From the IMG/VR virus record IMGVR_UViG_3300011437_000022, positions 1 through 29,479 of that record: DNA of 29,479 nucleotides; one strand, written 5' to 3'. Made by a program: the position numbers and the translations under genes. Numbering within the stretch: position 1 is the stretch's first letter; each line of letters starts with the position of its first letter. The DNA is from a virus (lineage: Duplodnaviria > Caudoviricetes). Below the pieces are notes generated by a model that saw only the letters and a list, made by a program, of their open reading frames with translations, was not told the DNA's origin and searched no databases. Positions 10,644-18,199 of the stretch are shown here, one piece after another.

Positions 10644-11086
10644 ATATCGAGCGGATCATCGAGCGGGTAAAACAGGAGGAAGGCTTCCGGCCCGTGGCGT
10701 ATTGGGACCGGAAACAATGGACCTACGGCTACGGGTGCAAGGCCCCCGGGGAGGGGGCGACGATCACCGAGCCGGAAGCGGTGAAGCTCCTATGGAGGCA
10801 CATCCTCGAGGCGGTGGGGGGGTTCGTCGACCTGTTCCTCGGGGTTCCCACGCCGATCAACGAGGTTCGGCAGGAGTGCCTGGTGGACATGATCTTCAAC
10901 CTGGGGGAGGATGGAGTGAGGAAGTTCCGGAATATGGTCCGGGAAATCATGGACAAGGATCCGGACGATTGGACGGAGATCGCGCAACACGCTACGGAAT
11001 CGCTGTGGTACGGCCAGGTGGGAAACCGCGCAAAGCGGATCGTGTTCGAACTCAAAACCGGCGTGAGCCAGGGGGGTGAGAGATGA
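10640..11086 (+). CDS. Endolysin, GH24 (T4-lysozyme-like)
   Basis: EEGFRPVAYWD...WTYGYG catalytic region, MIFNLG, SLWYGQVGNRAKRI. Confidence 0.92.
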   Translation: MNIERIIERVKQEEGFRPVAYWDRKQWTYGYGCKAPGEGATITEPEAVKLLWRHILEAVGGFVDLFLGVPTPINEVRQECLVDMIFNLGEDGVRKFRNMVREIMDKDPDDWTEIAQHATESLWYGQVGNRAKRIVFELKTGVSQGGER

Positions 11087-11436
11087 AGAAGATGCTCGGG
11101 CTTCTGGTAGGAATGGCTATTCTCATGCTGTACGCGGAGGGGGCGAGTGCCTTCACGCTGAATTGGGCGCCCGTGACAACGTACACCGACAACACGACGA
11201 TCGGTGCGGAGGCCCAGGGAGTGTTCTACAACGTGGAAATGGACGGGGCCGCGGCCTCGGGCAATTTTTCCGGGACGTCCTGGGTCATCCCCACCGTGGC
11301 AAAGAAATCCGCGCATACGTTCCGGGCGAGGACGGTACTCGGGACGGGGGAGGTATCGGCCTGGAGCCCCCCTTTTGCGTGGACTTCCCCTCAAGGAAGC
11401 CCTGCCGTGCCAGGTGGTATGAACGTCCAACCATAG
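11083..11436 (+). CDS. Secreted fibronectin-III/Ig-like small protein
   Basis: Signal peptide MKKMLGLLVGMAILMLYAEGASA. FN3-like pattern TLNWAP...FYNV...HTFRART...GEVSAWS. Confidence 0.7.
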   Translation: MKKMLGLLVGMAILMLYAEGASAFTLNWAPVTTYTDNTTIGAEAQGVFYNVEMDGAAASGNFSGTSWVIPTVAKKSAHTFRARTVLGTGEVSAWSPPFAWTSPQGSPAVPGGMNVQP

Positions 11437-11490
11437 AATTTTTGGACATGATCCCGGACGCAAAACCTGACGAGTGAAAGGAGATTCACA

Positions 11491-11625
11491 ATGAGCGGAT
11501 TGGCGGTGTTCGGTTTGGTGGTAGCGGCCCTGGTGGTGGGGTTCGTAGCCGGGGCCCTGGTGATGCGGAGGCATTACGCGAAGATCAAGGCCGCGGAAGA
11601 TGCCTTGCGAAAGGCGGTGGTCTAA
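11491..11625 (+). CDS. 44-aa single-pass membrane protein (lysis accessory?)
   Basis: Not in the ORF track; read by hand as MSGLAVFGLVVAALVVGFVAGALVMRRHYAKIKAAEDALRKAVV. RBS AAAGGAG upstream. TAATG overlap with the holin. Confidence 0.75.
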   Translation: MSGLAVFGLVVAALVVGFVAGALVMRRHYAKIKAAEDALRKAVV

Positions 11626-12128
11626 TGTCGGTGTTCACCGATCTACTGGCGGGAGGCGCGGCGGGGCTGTTCCAGGGGATTGGTTCGTTCGCCAAGGACC
11701 TCCGGGAGGCGATCACCGGGAAATCCATCCTGGATCCGAATCAGCAATCGGAGATCCTCATGAAGATGGCCGCGATCGAGGCGGCGGCGGTACAGTTCCG
11801 AGGCGAATACGATAAGTCCCAGATGGAGGGACAGGTCGCTATCAACAAGCTCGAGGCGGCGAACGCGAGGCTGTTCGTATCCGGATGGCGGCCGGCCGTG
11901 GGGTGGGTCTGTGTCCTGGGGCTTGGGTATACCTTCCTCCTGAAACCGCTCCTGCCGTGGATGATCGCGGTCGGGGCCCTGATCGTGGGGAAACAGTCCA
12001 TCGTGCCGGCGCTTCCTCCCGTCGATATAGGGGAACTCATCATCCTCCTGGGCGGGATGCTCGGCTTGGGCGCCATGCGATCGGTCGACAAGTTCAATTC
12101 GCAACCAAAAACCACCACCGGAGGGTAA
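11625..12128 (+). CDS. Holin (3TM holin family)
   Basis: Signature FVSGWRPAVGWVC and LLGGMLGLGAMRS. Hydrophobic segments. Lies in the lysis cassette. Confidence 0.85.
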   Translation: MSVFTDLLAGGAAGLFQGIGSFAKDLREAITGKSILDPNQQSEILMKMAAIEAAAVQFRGEYDKSQMEGQVAINKLEAANARLFVSGWRPAVGWVCVLGLGYTFLLKPLLPWMIAVGALIVGKQSIVPALPPVDIGELIILLGGMLGLGAMRSVDKFNSQPKTTTGG

Positions 12129-12130
12129 GA

Positions 12131-12571
12131 ATGACGCCCCCAAACTCCCACCAGTACGACCGCCGCCGAGCAGAGGACGTGTTCCGCGTTGTAGAAGAGG
12201 AAGTATTCCCACGTCTCGGGGCGATCGACACGAAGATCTCGAGCCTGGAACAAGGAGTCAATAAGATTTCCTTGGACGGGTGCGCCCACCGGCAGGGAGA
12301 TCTGTTGCGAACGCAACGGGTGGAGACAAACACGGAAAAGATCTTCGATAAAATCGAGGACCTCGGAACCTCCATATCCGAAGCGGCGGTCGATATGGTG
12401 AAACAGGTTGGGGATATCAAGACTGACGTGGCGAAACAGGTCGGGGGGATCAAGGCATGGGTCCTTACCGGGGTGGTGATCATCCTCCTGTCGGTTGCGG
12501 GTTTCTTCCTGCAAAAGCATTACGATATGCTCTACTCGGATCGGGATCGGCCGGCCGCGGCGAATAGGTAA
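12131..12571 (+). CDS. Coiled-coil protein with C-terminal transmembrane helix (lysis-associated)
   Basis: ATG 12131 lies 2 nt after the holin stop, so the longer ORF-track start overlapping the holin is unlikely. Heptad-like middle region. TM segment WVLTGVVIILLSVAGFFL. Confidence 0.7.
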   Translation: MTPPNSHQYDRRRAEDVFRVVEEEVFPRLGAIDTKISSLEQGVNKISLDGCAHRQGDLLRTQRVETNTEKIFDKIEDLGTSISEAAVDMVKQVGDIKTDVAKQVGGIKAWVLTGVVIILLSVAGFFLQKHYDMLYSDRDRPAAANR

Positions 12572-12618
12572 CAGCGATCGCCGGCCTGGTGCGGGATCCG
12601 GTTACCCCATAAAAGACG

Positions 12619-12650
12619 AAAAAACCCCCGGGGGATAGTCCCCGGGGGTT
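12619..12650 (-). terminator. Intrinsic terminator of the minus-strand operon (possibly bidirectional)
   Basis: Perfect 11-bp stem AACCCCCGGGG / CCCCGGGGGTT with loop GATAGT. A-run on the left gives a U-tract on the minus transcript. Lies between converging genes. Confidence 0.85.
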
Positions 12651-12677
12651 CGAGATCGTCGATCCTGGGCCATCCTG

Positions 12678-13274
12678 TCAGCTTTTTATTTCCTTAAATA
12701 GGATCAAATCCACTAATTCGCATAAAAGGTGCCCCACGGCGATGTGCGCCTCCTGGATCCTGGGGGTGCTATCGGAGGGAATCCTCAACGCGATCGTCGC
12801 TAATCCGGCCGCCTTGCCCCGCTCCGCGGTGAGGGCGATCGTTGTCATGCCGATGCCGTTTGCGATCCGGAGCCCCTCGAGGACGTTCTCCGAACAGCCG
12901 CTTGTGGTAATGCCCAGGGCTACGTCTCCCACGCGGCCCAGGGCGCGCAACTGCTTGGTGAAGATGCCGTTGAAGAAGGAATCGTTGGCGATGCTCGTGA
13001 TGATGGACGTGTCGGTGGTCAGCGCGATCGCCGGCAGGGGCGGCCGGATCATGTCGTAGCCGTTTATGAATTCCGCGGCCAGGTGTTGCGCATCGGCCGC
13101 GCTACCGCCGTTGCCGAACAGGAAGAGCTTGCCGCCCGCTTTGAAGGAATCCGCGATTGCATCGGCCGCGGCCATGATCTCGGTCGATAGGACGCCCGCG
13201 ATCGTCTCCCGAAGAATCGCCCCCTCCCGCATTACCTCCGCGATTAGCTTACGGTGCTTCTCGGTGGGGTTCAT
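12678..13274 (-). CDS. gmhA: D-sedoheptulose-7-phosphate isomerase
   Basis: FGNGGSAADAQHLAAEF, ALTTDTSIITSIAND, TTSGCSENV, TPRIQEAHI. Start MNPTEK at 13274 overlaps the upstream stop (ATGA). Confidence 0.95.
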   Translation of the reverse strand: MNPTEKHRKLIAEVMREGAILRETIAGVLSTEIMAAADAIADSFKAGGKLFLFGNGGSAADAQHLAAEFINGYDMIRPPLPAIALTTDTSIITSIANDSFFNGIFTKQLRALGRVGDVALGITTSGCSENVLEGLRIANGIGMTTIALTAERGKAAGLATIALRIPSDSTPRIQEAHIAVGHLLCELVDLILFKEIKS

Positions 13275-13738
13275 GCCCCGCCCCCTCTCATCCTTGCGAC
13301 GATCTCCGTGGTGGAGTGTCCGTCGAGGTACGGGATGAATTTGACCTCTTCCACCAGGTTGCTTCCTGCAATCGGCCGATACTTCCAGTCCGATCCCTTT
13401 ACCAGGACGTGCGGCCGGACCACCCTTATTAGGTCCTCGGGGGTGTCCTCGTTGAAGATCGCTACATGATCGACGCATCGGATCCTGGAAAGCAGGAAGG
13501 CCCGCTCCCTGGCGGTAAAGACCGGCCGGCCGTTACCTTTCAGCCGGCGTACCGAGGCGTCTCCGTTGACGCCTACGACGAGGATGGTCCCGTGCTTCGA
13601 CGCCTGGTGAAGGCATCGGATGTGCCCCTCGTGGAGAATGTCGAAACAGCCGTTGGTGAATACGATGCGGTAACCGCAAGCCCGGTAGAACTTGCAGAGG
13701 ATCCAAAGACCTGTGCGCTCGTTCGCCTGGTAGATCAT
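13271..13738 (-). CDS. rfaE2: D-glycero-beta-D-manno-heptose-1-phosphate adenylyltransferase (RfaE2/HldC)
   Basis: IVFTNGCFDILHEGH, VGVNGDASVRRLKG..RP, KGSDW, GHSTT. Start MIYQAN at 13738 with ATGA overlap. Confidence 0.92.
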   Translation of the reverse strand: MIYQANERTGLWILCKFYRACGYRIVFTNGCFDILHEGHIRCLHQASKHGTILVVGVNGDASVRRLKGNGRPVFTARERAFLLSRIRCVDHVAIFNEDTPEDLIRVVRPHVLVKGSDWKYRPIAGSNLVEEVKFIPYLDGHSTTEIVARMRGGGA

Positions 13739-14721
13739 GACGTCCTCCCCATCAAATACGGCCTGAAATCCCTCCTGCGCGTCCCCTGGATGGCTCCAAG
13801 GAGCTTCTCCTTGGTAATGGCCGAGGTTCCGACTTCCTCCACCACGACCCCCGCGGCGATCCCGGAGAGGATGGCGGCGTCCCGGGCCGAGCCCCCCGCG
13901 GCCAGGGCTCCGGATAGGACGGCGACTACCGTATCCCCGGCGCCGGTGACGTCGTACACGCTCCGGGCAACCGCGGGGATGAATACCGTGTCGCCTCCCC
14001 CCTTCCGGAGGATCATGCCGTCCTTGCCGCGGGTGAGAAGCACGGTATCGAGGTTGAATTTGCCGATGAGATCCAGGACGGCAAAGTGGGCCCCGTCGTT
14101 CCCTACGATGGGGTAGCCGAGGGCTTGCTCCGCTTCCCGGGTGTTCGGCGTGATGATCCCGCATCCGGAAAACACCGATAGGTCCCGCCGCTTCGAGTCC
14201 ACGGATACCCTCTTCCCGTAGGTTTTGATCGCCCAATGGATGATGACTCCGGAAACCACGCCCTTGCAGTAGTCGGACAGGATGATCCAATCGAAGTTCC
14301 TGGGTGCGGCCTCGATCTTCCGTGCCAGTTCCATGCACTCTTCCTTGCTCGGCCTTTCTTCCGAGTCGATCCGGACAACGTGCTGACCGTTGGCAACGAC
14401 CCGGATCTTCGAGGTTGTGATCCCCCTCCGGAGGACGATCTGGTGGGATAACGCCATGCCGAACAGGCGATCCCCTTCGATATCGTCTCCCACAAAGCCG
14501 GCCAGGGTGACCTCCGCGCCGAGCCCGCGGAGGTTCGCGGCGACGTTCGCGGCGCCGCCTGGGGAATACAGGCGCTTCTGGACCGGCACGACCGGAACGG
14601 GCGCCTCGGGAGATAAACGCTCGGCCGTGCCGAAGATGTAGGTATCGAGCATGAGATCCCCGATGACGAGGACCCGCTTCCCGTCGATCTGTTCGACCAG
14701 GCCGCGTAGATTTGACAGCAT
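13735..14721 (-). CDS. rfaE1: D-glycero-beta-D-manno-heptose-7-phosphate kinase (RfaE1/HldA, PfkB family)
   Basis: VIGDLMLDTY, RLSPEAPVPV, GGAANVAANL, LSDYCKG, ITPN..EA, VYDVTGAGDTV. Start MLSNLR at 14721 with RBS AAAGGAG. Confidence 0.93.
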   Translation of the reverse strand: MLSNLRGLVEQIDGKRVLVIGDLMLDTYIFGTAERLSPEAPVPVVPVQKRLYSPGGAANVAANLRGLGAEVTLAGFVGDDIEGDRLFGMALSHQIVLRRGITTSKIRVVANGQHVVRIDSEERPSKEECMELARKIEAAPRNFDWIILSDYCKGVVSGVIIHWAIKTYGKRVSVDSKRRDLSVFSGCGIITPNTREAEQALGYPIVGNDGAHFAVLDLIGKFNLDTVLLTRGKDGMILRKGGGDTVFIPAVARSVYDVTGAGDTVVAVLSGALAAGGSARDAAILSGIAAGVVVEEVGTSAITKEKLLGAIQGTRRRDFRPYLMGRTS

Positions 14722-15314
14722 CAGGTGGGTACTCCTTTCTTCAAGATGGTCTGGTAGCCCTTGTGGAGGATCGAATACCCCGCATCGAGCAGGAAGGGGA
14801 TCGCCTGGGCCCCCTTCCCCTTCCAGGTTTCTATGTCGAATACATCGTCGATCATGATGATCCCCCCAGGGGCCATGATCGGGAGGGCCGTCATAGCGGC
14901 GTCTAAGTGGCATTTCTCGGAGTCGGCGGCCGTCTCCACGGTCCAGTCCCACCCGTCGAGGTAGAGAAGGTCGATCCGGGCGCCGGCCCTCTTCCAGATC
15001 CGGAGGAACCGGAGCCCGTCCATCGTGACGAGGTTGACGAAATGCGTCCCGGTGGAGTCGACCTTCTCCCCGAGCCCGTACTCCTGGCAGATCCCCCGGG
15101 CGGTGTCGGTCGATTCCTTCCGGGCATCGCAGGAGTAGAAATACGAATCGGTCTTTTCGGCAATCCAGGCGAAGAAGGGAGTCGAGTAGCCGTCTCCGTT
15201 CCAGTTCCCCCGCTCCCTGGTGGATCCGATCTCCGCGATGAAGGCGCCGCGGCGCCCCAGGAGGATCCCCAGGACGATGTTCATGGACTCGCGCCGGCCG
15301 TAGGGGGGCATCAT
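14721..15314 (-). CDS. Class I SAM-dependent methyltransferase (Methyltransf_24-like)
   Basis: IAEIGS (motif I variant), IDLLYLDGWD, PGGIIMIDD, GKG. Its stop overlaps the rfaE1 start. Confidence 0.75.
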   Translation of the reverse strand: MMPPYGRRESMNIVLGILLGRRGAFIAEIGSTRERGNWNGDGYSTPFFAWIAEKTDSYFYSCDARKESTDTARGICQEYGLGEKVDSTGTHFVNLVTMDGLRFLRIWKRAGARIDLLYLDGWDWTVETAADSEKCHLDAAMTALPIMAPGGIIMIDDVFDIETWKGKGAQAIPFLLDAGYSILHKGYQTILKKGVPT

Positions 15315-15565
15315 GTGGGCAGGGAAACAGTATTCTTTCTTGCCAACATAACCTCGATTGCCTTGTCGTGTATTTCTGCGGATTTTAACCTGGTGTAATT
15401 TGATATAGTAATAGCGGCAATTTTCGTAACGTCGGTTATACTCCTTGCTCCATTCAATACCTGTTTTACTTCCTCTATAGACAGCTTAAATATCTCTTTC
15501 ATGCTATCCGTGTCGGCGTGACTCCCATACTCCATTACTTTTAATTCCGTAGCTTTCCTGGGCAT
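15311..15565 (-). CDS. Hypothetical helical protein (AT-rich cassette)
   Basis: Start MPRKAT at 15565 preceded by RBS AAAGGAG. Its stop overlaps the methyltransferase ATG. Confidence 0.65.
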   Translation of the reverse strand: MPRKATELKVMEYGSHADTDSMKEIFKLSIEEVKQVLNGARSITDVTKIAAITISNYTRLKSAEIHDKAIEVMLARKNTVSLPT

Positions 15566-16082
15566 TGCCTGTCTCCTTTCGGTATAATGCAAGGATTCGT
15601 TTCGCATTCAGGACTTCCCGTTGCATTTCTATCATCTCTTTTGTGATTAATATTCTGCTTATTCCTGTTTTCATGTAGATAATAGTCTTTATATATTCAT
15701 CGTGTAATGTTTTAGATTGTTCCCTTTCCGTTGCCAGTCTTACATCTCTATTTCTAAGATAGTATTGTCTTGGGTGGTCTGGATTTCTTGAATGCCATCC
15801 TTGTTTCGCTTCCCTTTGCCTCCCAGGATCCTTTCTGGCGGTACGTTCTTTCTCTTTTACTGGATCATATCTACTACGGGCTTTTGCGTTTATAGAATCC
15901 CTGTGTTTTAACGCAAATCTTTTCTGAGCTTCCCTTTTCTTCACGGGATCCCTTCTGGCGGTGCGTTCTTTCTCTTTTACTGGATCATATTTACTGCGGG
16001 CGATTGCGTTTTTGCACTCCCTACAAACGTGACTCTTCTTCTGCGGTTCATTTTTATTACATATTTTGCAAAACATCATCAT
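15504..16082 (-). CDS. Basic hypothetical protein with N-terminal CxxC..CxxC and a 40-aa internal repeat (AT-rich cassette)
   Basis: CKIC...CREC. YDPVKEKERTAR occurs twice. K/R-rich. ATGA overlap with the ssb stop. Confidence 0.7.
   Translation of the reverse strand: MMMFCKICNKNEPQKKSHVCRECKNAIARSKYDPVKEKERTARRDPVKKREAQKRFALKHRDSINAKARSRYDPVKEKERTARKDPGRQREAKQGWHSRNPDHPRQYYLRNRDVRLATEREQSKTLHDEYIKTIIYMKTGISRILITKEMIEMQREVLNAKRILALYRKETGNAQESYGIKSNGVWESRRHG
15808..16011. repeat. Imperfect direct repeat, about 84 bp, 120-bp period
   Basis: 15808-15891 versus 15928-16011, with identical core CGTTCTTTCTCTTTTACTGGATCATAT. Confidence 0.9.
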
Positions 16083-16471
16083 TCCGGGATCTCCACGCCG
16101 CTCGGTTCCTCCGCGGCCGGCATATCAATCCCCGGGGCCAGGAAATAGACGTGGCGGGCCTGGAGTACGACTCGCTTCTTGGGTGGTGCGTCTCCGTGGG
16201 ATGGATAGGGCATCTGACGGGCCTCCCCTTCGACGAACACGGGAGAGCCCTTGCGGAGGTATGTCGCGCATGATTCGGCCTGGGGGCCCCGGATCACAAC
16301 CTCGAAAAATGATACCTGTTCCGTTTTCCCCGTGGTGCCCTTGCCGCTCAAGGGTCGGCTGTGGGCGATGAAGAATTCAAGCTGTGCTTCGCCCGAGGGC
16401 AAGTAGCGCAGACTCCCGGGATCCTTTGCTACGCGGCCGTTGATCGACCATCGGTTGTAATAAAGCGCCAT
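16079..16471 (-). CDS. ssb: Single-stranded DNA-binding protein
   Basis: N...NGRVAKDP..LRYLPSG, FFEVV, AESCATYLRKGSPVFVEG OB-fold pattern. Short acidic tail. Confidence 0.88.
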   Translation of the reverse strand: MALYYNRWSINGRVAKDPGSLRYLPSGEAQLEFFIAHSRPLSGKGTTGKTEQVSFFEVVIRGPQAESCATYLRKGSPVFVEGEARQMPYPSHGDAPPKKRVVLQARHVYFLAPGIDMPAAEEPSGVEIPE

Positions 16472-16475
16472 AGTC

Positions 16476-17129
16476 TTACCTCCCTTTTTGTGGGTAACGC
16501 GATCGAGATCCGGATCCCAGGGCCTTGTTACCCTTCTTGACGCAATCCGGGTTCGAGCATAGATCCTTTTCCACCCAGGAGCATCCCTCGGGGCAAGGAT
16601 CGTATTCCGTACAACCGCATATCCTACAAGCTCGTTCCTCGTAGTAGTCCGGTGGATCGAGGGTAACCGCCGGCGGCCTCGAGCAGCTCCGCGGCGTTAC
16701 CCCGTTCTCGATCGTGGTATGCCTCCATCTATACTTGGATCCTTCCAGGATCGCCTTACTGCCCGCCCGGAGCGTCCTCTGGAAATCGTCCAGGAGGCGC
16801 TCGAGGGTGCGCTTGTTCTCGTTGAGCATCATCGTGATCTGCCCAAGCATCAGGCTGTAAACCATTGCCTTGTGGTAACGCTCGATCTTCTCGAGGGCAA
16901 GCTTTTGGGCTTTCGCGTCACCCCCGATGTAGTGGTATTTTCGCTTCCCGCCGTTGGTGGGCTCGAGAAGGTACATCCTCTGCGTTCCCTTCTTCATGTG
17001 CGGGTATGCCAGGAGGGTCCCCTTCTTCTCGAGGACGGAGATCTCCCGCTTGAGGGTTAAGACCTGGCGCCGGATCCAGGTATGAACCAGGTCGATCGCG
17101 GCGCCCCTGGGCCTTGGTATCCTTGGCAT
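16476..17129 (-). CDS. Hypothetical protein with coiled coil and C-terminal Cys-rich (Zn-binding) motif
   Basis: RBS AGGAGGGGG. KYHYIG. CRICGCTEYDPCPEGCSWVEKDLCSNPDC. Confidence 0.72.
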   Translation of the reverse strand: MPRIPRPRGAAIDLVHTWIRRQVLTLKREISVLEKKGTLLAYPHMKKGTQRMYLLEPTNGGKRKYHYIGGDAKAQKLALEKIERYHKAMVYSLMLGQITMMLNENKRTLERLLDDFQRTLRAGSKAILEGSKYRWRHTTIENGVTPRSCSRPPAVTLDPPDYYEERACRICGCTEYDPCPEGCSWVEKDLCSNPDCVKKGNKALGSGSRSRYPQKGR

Positions 17130-17138
17130 GGCCCCCTC

Positions 17139-17312
17139 CTACCCGAAAACGACGTGCCACGCGCGTTTGAAGCCGCTGTAGATGAACGTCGGGCGCTTCT
17201 CGCCCTTCGCCTCGCGTTCCTTCCGGGCTTGCGCGGCGCCGAGAAGGAGGCACTCCCGCAAGCGTTTCTTGAGCAGGATCTCCTGTACGAGGTTCAGGTT
17301 GTTCTCTTTCAT
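17139..17312 (-). CDS. 57-aa hypothetical protein
   Basis: Hand-read MKENNLNLVQEILLKKRLRECLLLGAAQ...WHVVFG. RBS AAGGAGGT. Fills the operon gap with an ATGA overlap. Confidence 0.65.
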   Translation of the reverse strand: MKENNLNLVQEILLKKRLRECLLLGAAQARKEREAKGEKRPTFIYSGFKRAWHVVFG

Positions 17313-17482
17313 CGCTTTTTTACCTCCTTGGGCTTGGGGTTGGCGGCGTCCATCCCCAGGAAGAACCTCTCGAACACCTTGCGGGCAAACTCCGAGAGGG
17401 ATTCTTCCCGCTGTTCTGCTTCATCGTCGATGCGGGCCCGGAGGGATCCCGGGATCCAGACCGTCATTCGGACTTTGGACAT
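17309..17482 (-). CDS. Ribbon-helix-helix (CopG/Arc-like) DNA-binding protein
   Basis: MSKVRMTVWIPGSLRARIDDEAEQREESLSEFARKVFERFF. RBS AGGAGGT before ATG 17482. Confidence 0.8.
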   Translation of the reverse strand: MSKVRMTVWIPGSLRARIDDEAEQREESLSEFARKVFERFFLGMDAANPKPKEVKKR

Positions 17483-17694
17483 GAGTACCTCCTGACCATT
17501 TTCTCGATCTTCTCTTTCAGGTCGGACAGTTCCTTCTGCGATTTCGATAACTGCCGGTTTAAGGTCTGGATGGTGCGGTCCTTCTTCCGGCAATCGTCAG
17601 CGAGGTATGCCGCGGCCTCCTCCGGGCATCGCTGTTGTTGGATGGCGAGGTACAGATCGTCCGGCTGATTCCCTTCCGGAACGTAGTTACACAT
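17464..17694 (-). CDS. Small coiled-coil hypothetical protein
   Basis: RBS AAGGAG. Heptad pattern IQTLNRQLSKSQKELSDLKEKIEK. Confidence 0.65.
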   Translation of the reverse strand: MCNYVPEGNQPDDLYLAIQQQRCPEEAAAYLADDCRKKDRTIQTLNRQLSKSQKELSDLKEKIEKMVRRYSCPKSE

Positions 17695-17839
17695 GAGGAT
17701 GCTCCTTCCGAAGATAACGGAGGCGATCCTCGTACTCCCTCCAAAGCTCGGAAACGGCTTCGGGATCGTCTACCATCATTTTGGCGTCCGTTTCGTATTC
17801 CTTGAAAAGCTCTGCCTCGGCGATTATTAGGTTGCACAT
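17687..17839 (-). CDS. 50-aa acidic hypothetical protein
   Basis: Hand-read MCNLIIAEAELFKEYETDAKMMVDDPEAVSELWREYEDRLRYLRKEHPHV. Packs tightly between its neighbours. Confidence 0.55.
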   Translation of the reverse strand: MCNLIIAEAELFKEYETDAKMMVDDPEAVSELWREYEDRLRYLRKEHPHV

Positions 17840-17843
17840 GGCG

Positions 17844-18122
17844 TTACCCCGCCTTCACGGCGGCCGGCGTCCAAATGGCGTCATCGGCCAGGGCTTTCGA
17901 GCAGATCGGGATGATGATGTTTGCTTCCTGGCGCGTCATGCGGCCGATCGCCTTGGTGATCGTGCCTACGCGGGTGGAGATCTTCCTCTGGATGCCGAGC
18001 TTCGCATCCCCGCCGTTGTAGCTCCAAATGCCGATACAGGCGTGTTGACGTTCCCCGATCTCAACGTATTCGATCTCCCGGATCAGGACATCTTTCCCCT
18101 CGTCGTACTCATGCTTTGCCAT
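17844..18122 (-). CDS. Putative PC4-like ssDNA-binding protein
   Basis: Start MAKHEY with RBS GGGAGG. IGIWSYNGGDAKLGIQR...IGRMTRQEA gives a beta-beta-beta-helix pattern resembling PC4-fold proteins. Confidence 0.55.
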   Translation of the reverse strand: MAKHEYDEGKDVLIREIEYVEIGERQHACIGIWSYNGGDAKLGIQRKISTRVGTITKAIGRMTRQEANIIIPICSKALADDAIWTPAAVKAG

Positions 18123-18199
18123 TTCTTCCTCCCATCGTTTGCGCCCCAGGACCGATTGACGGAACCAGGTGCGCGGGTTCATGTTGGACACCGATTACC

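Noticed and set aside
13275-14952. N-terminal extensions of gmhA, rfaE2 and rfaE1 in the ORF track, or a fused HldE
   Set aside because: The extensions are R/G/P-rich off-frame readings of the upstream gene. Starts at 13274, 13738 and 14721 give stop/start overlaps. The kinase and adenylyltransferase are in different frames with a stop between them.
12572-15314. Heptose genes as host chromosome flanking a prophage end
   Set aside because: They are translationally coupled to phage early genes and bounded by phage modules on both sides, with no att site or integrase.
15808-16011. Repeat pair as a diversity-generating retroelement TR/VR
   Set aside because: Mismatches are not adenine-specific, both copies are in frame within one gene, and no reverse transcriptase is present.
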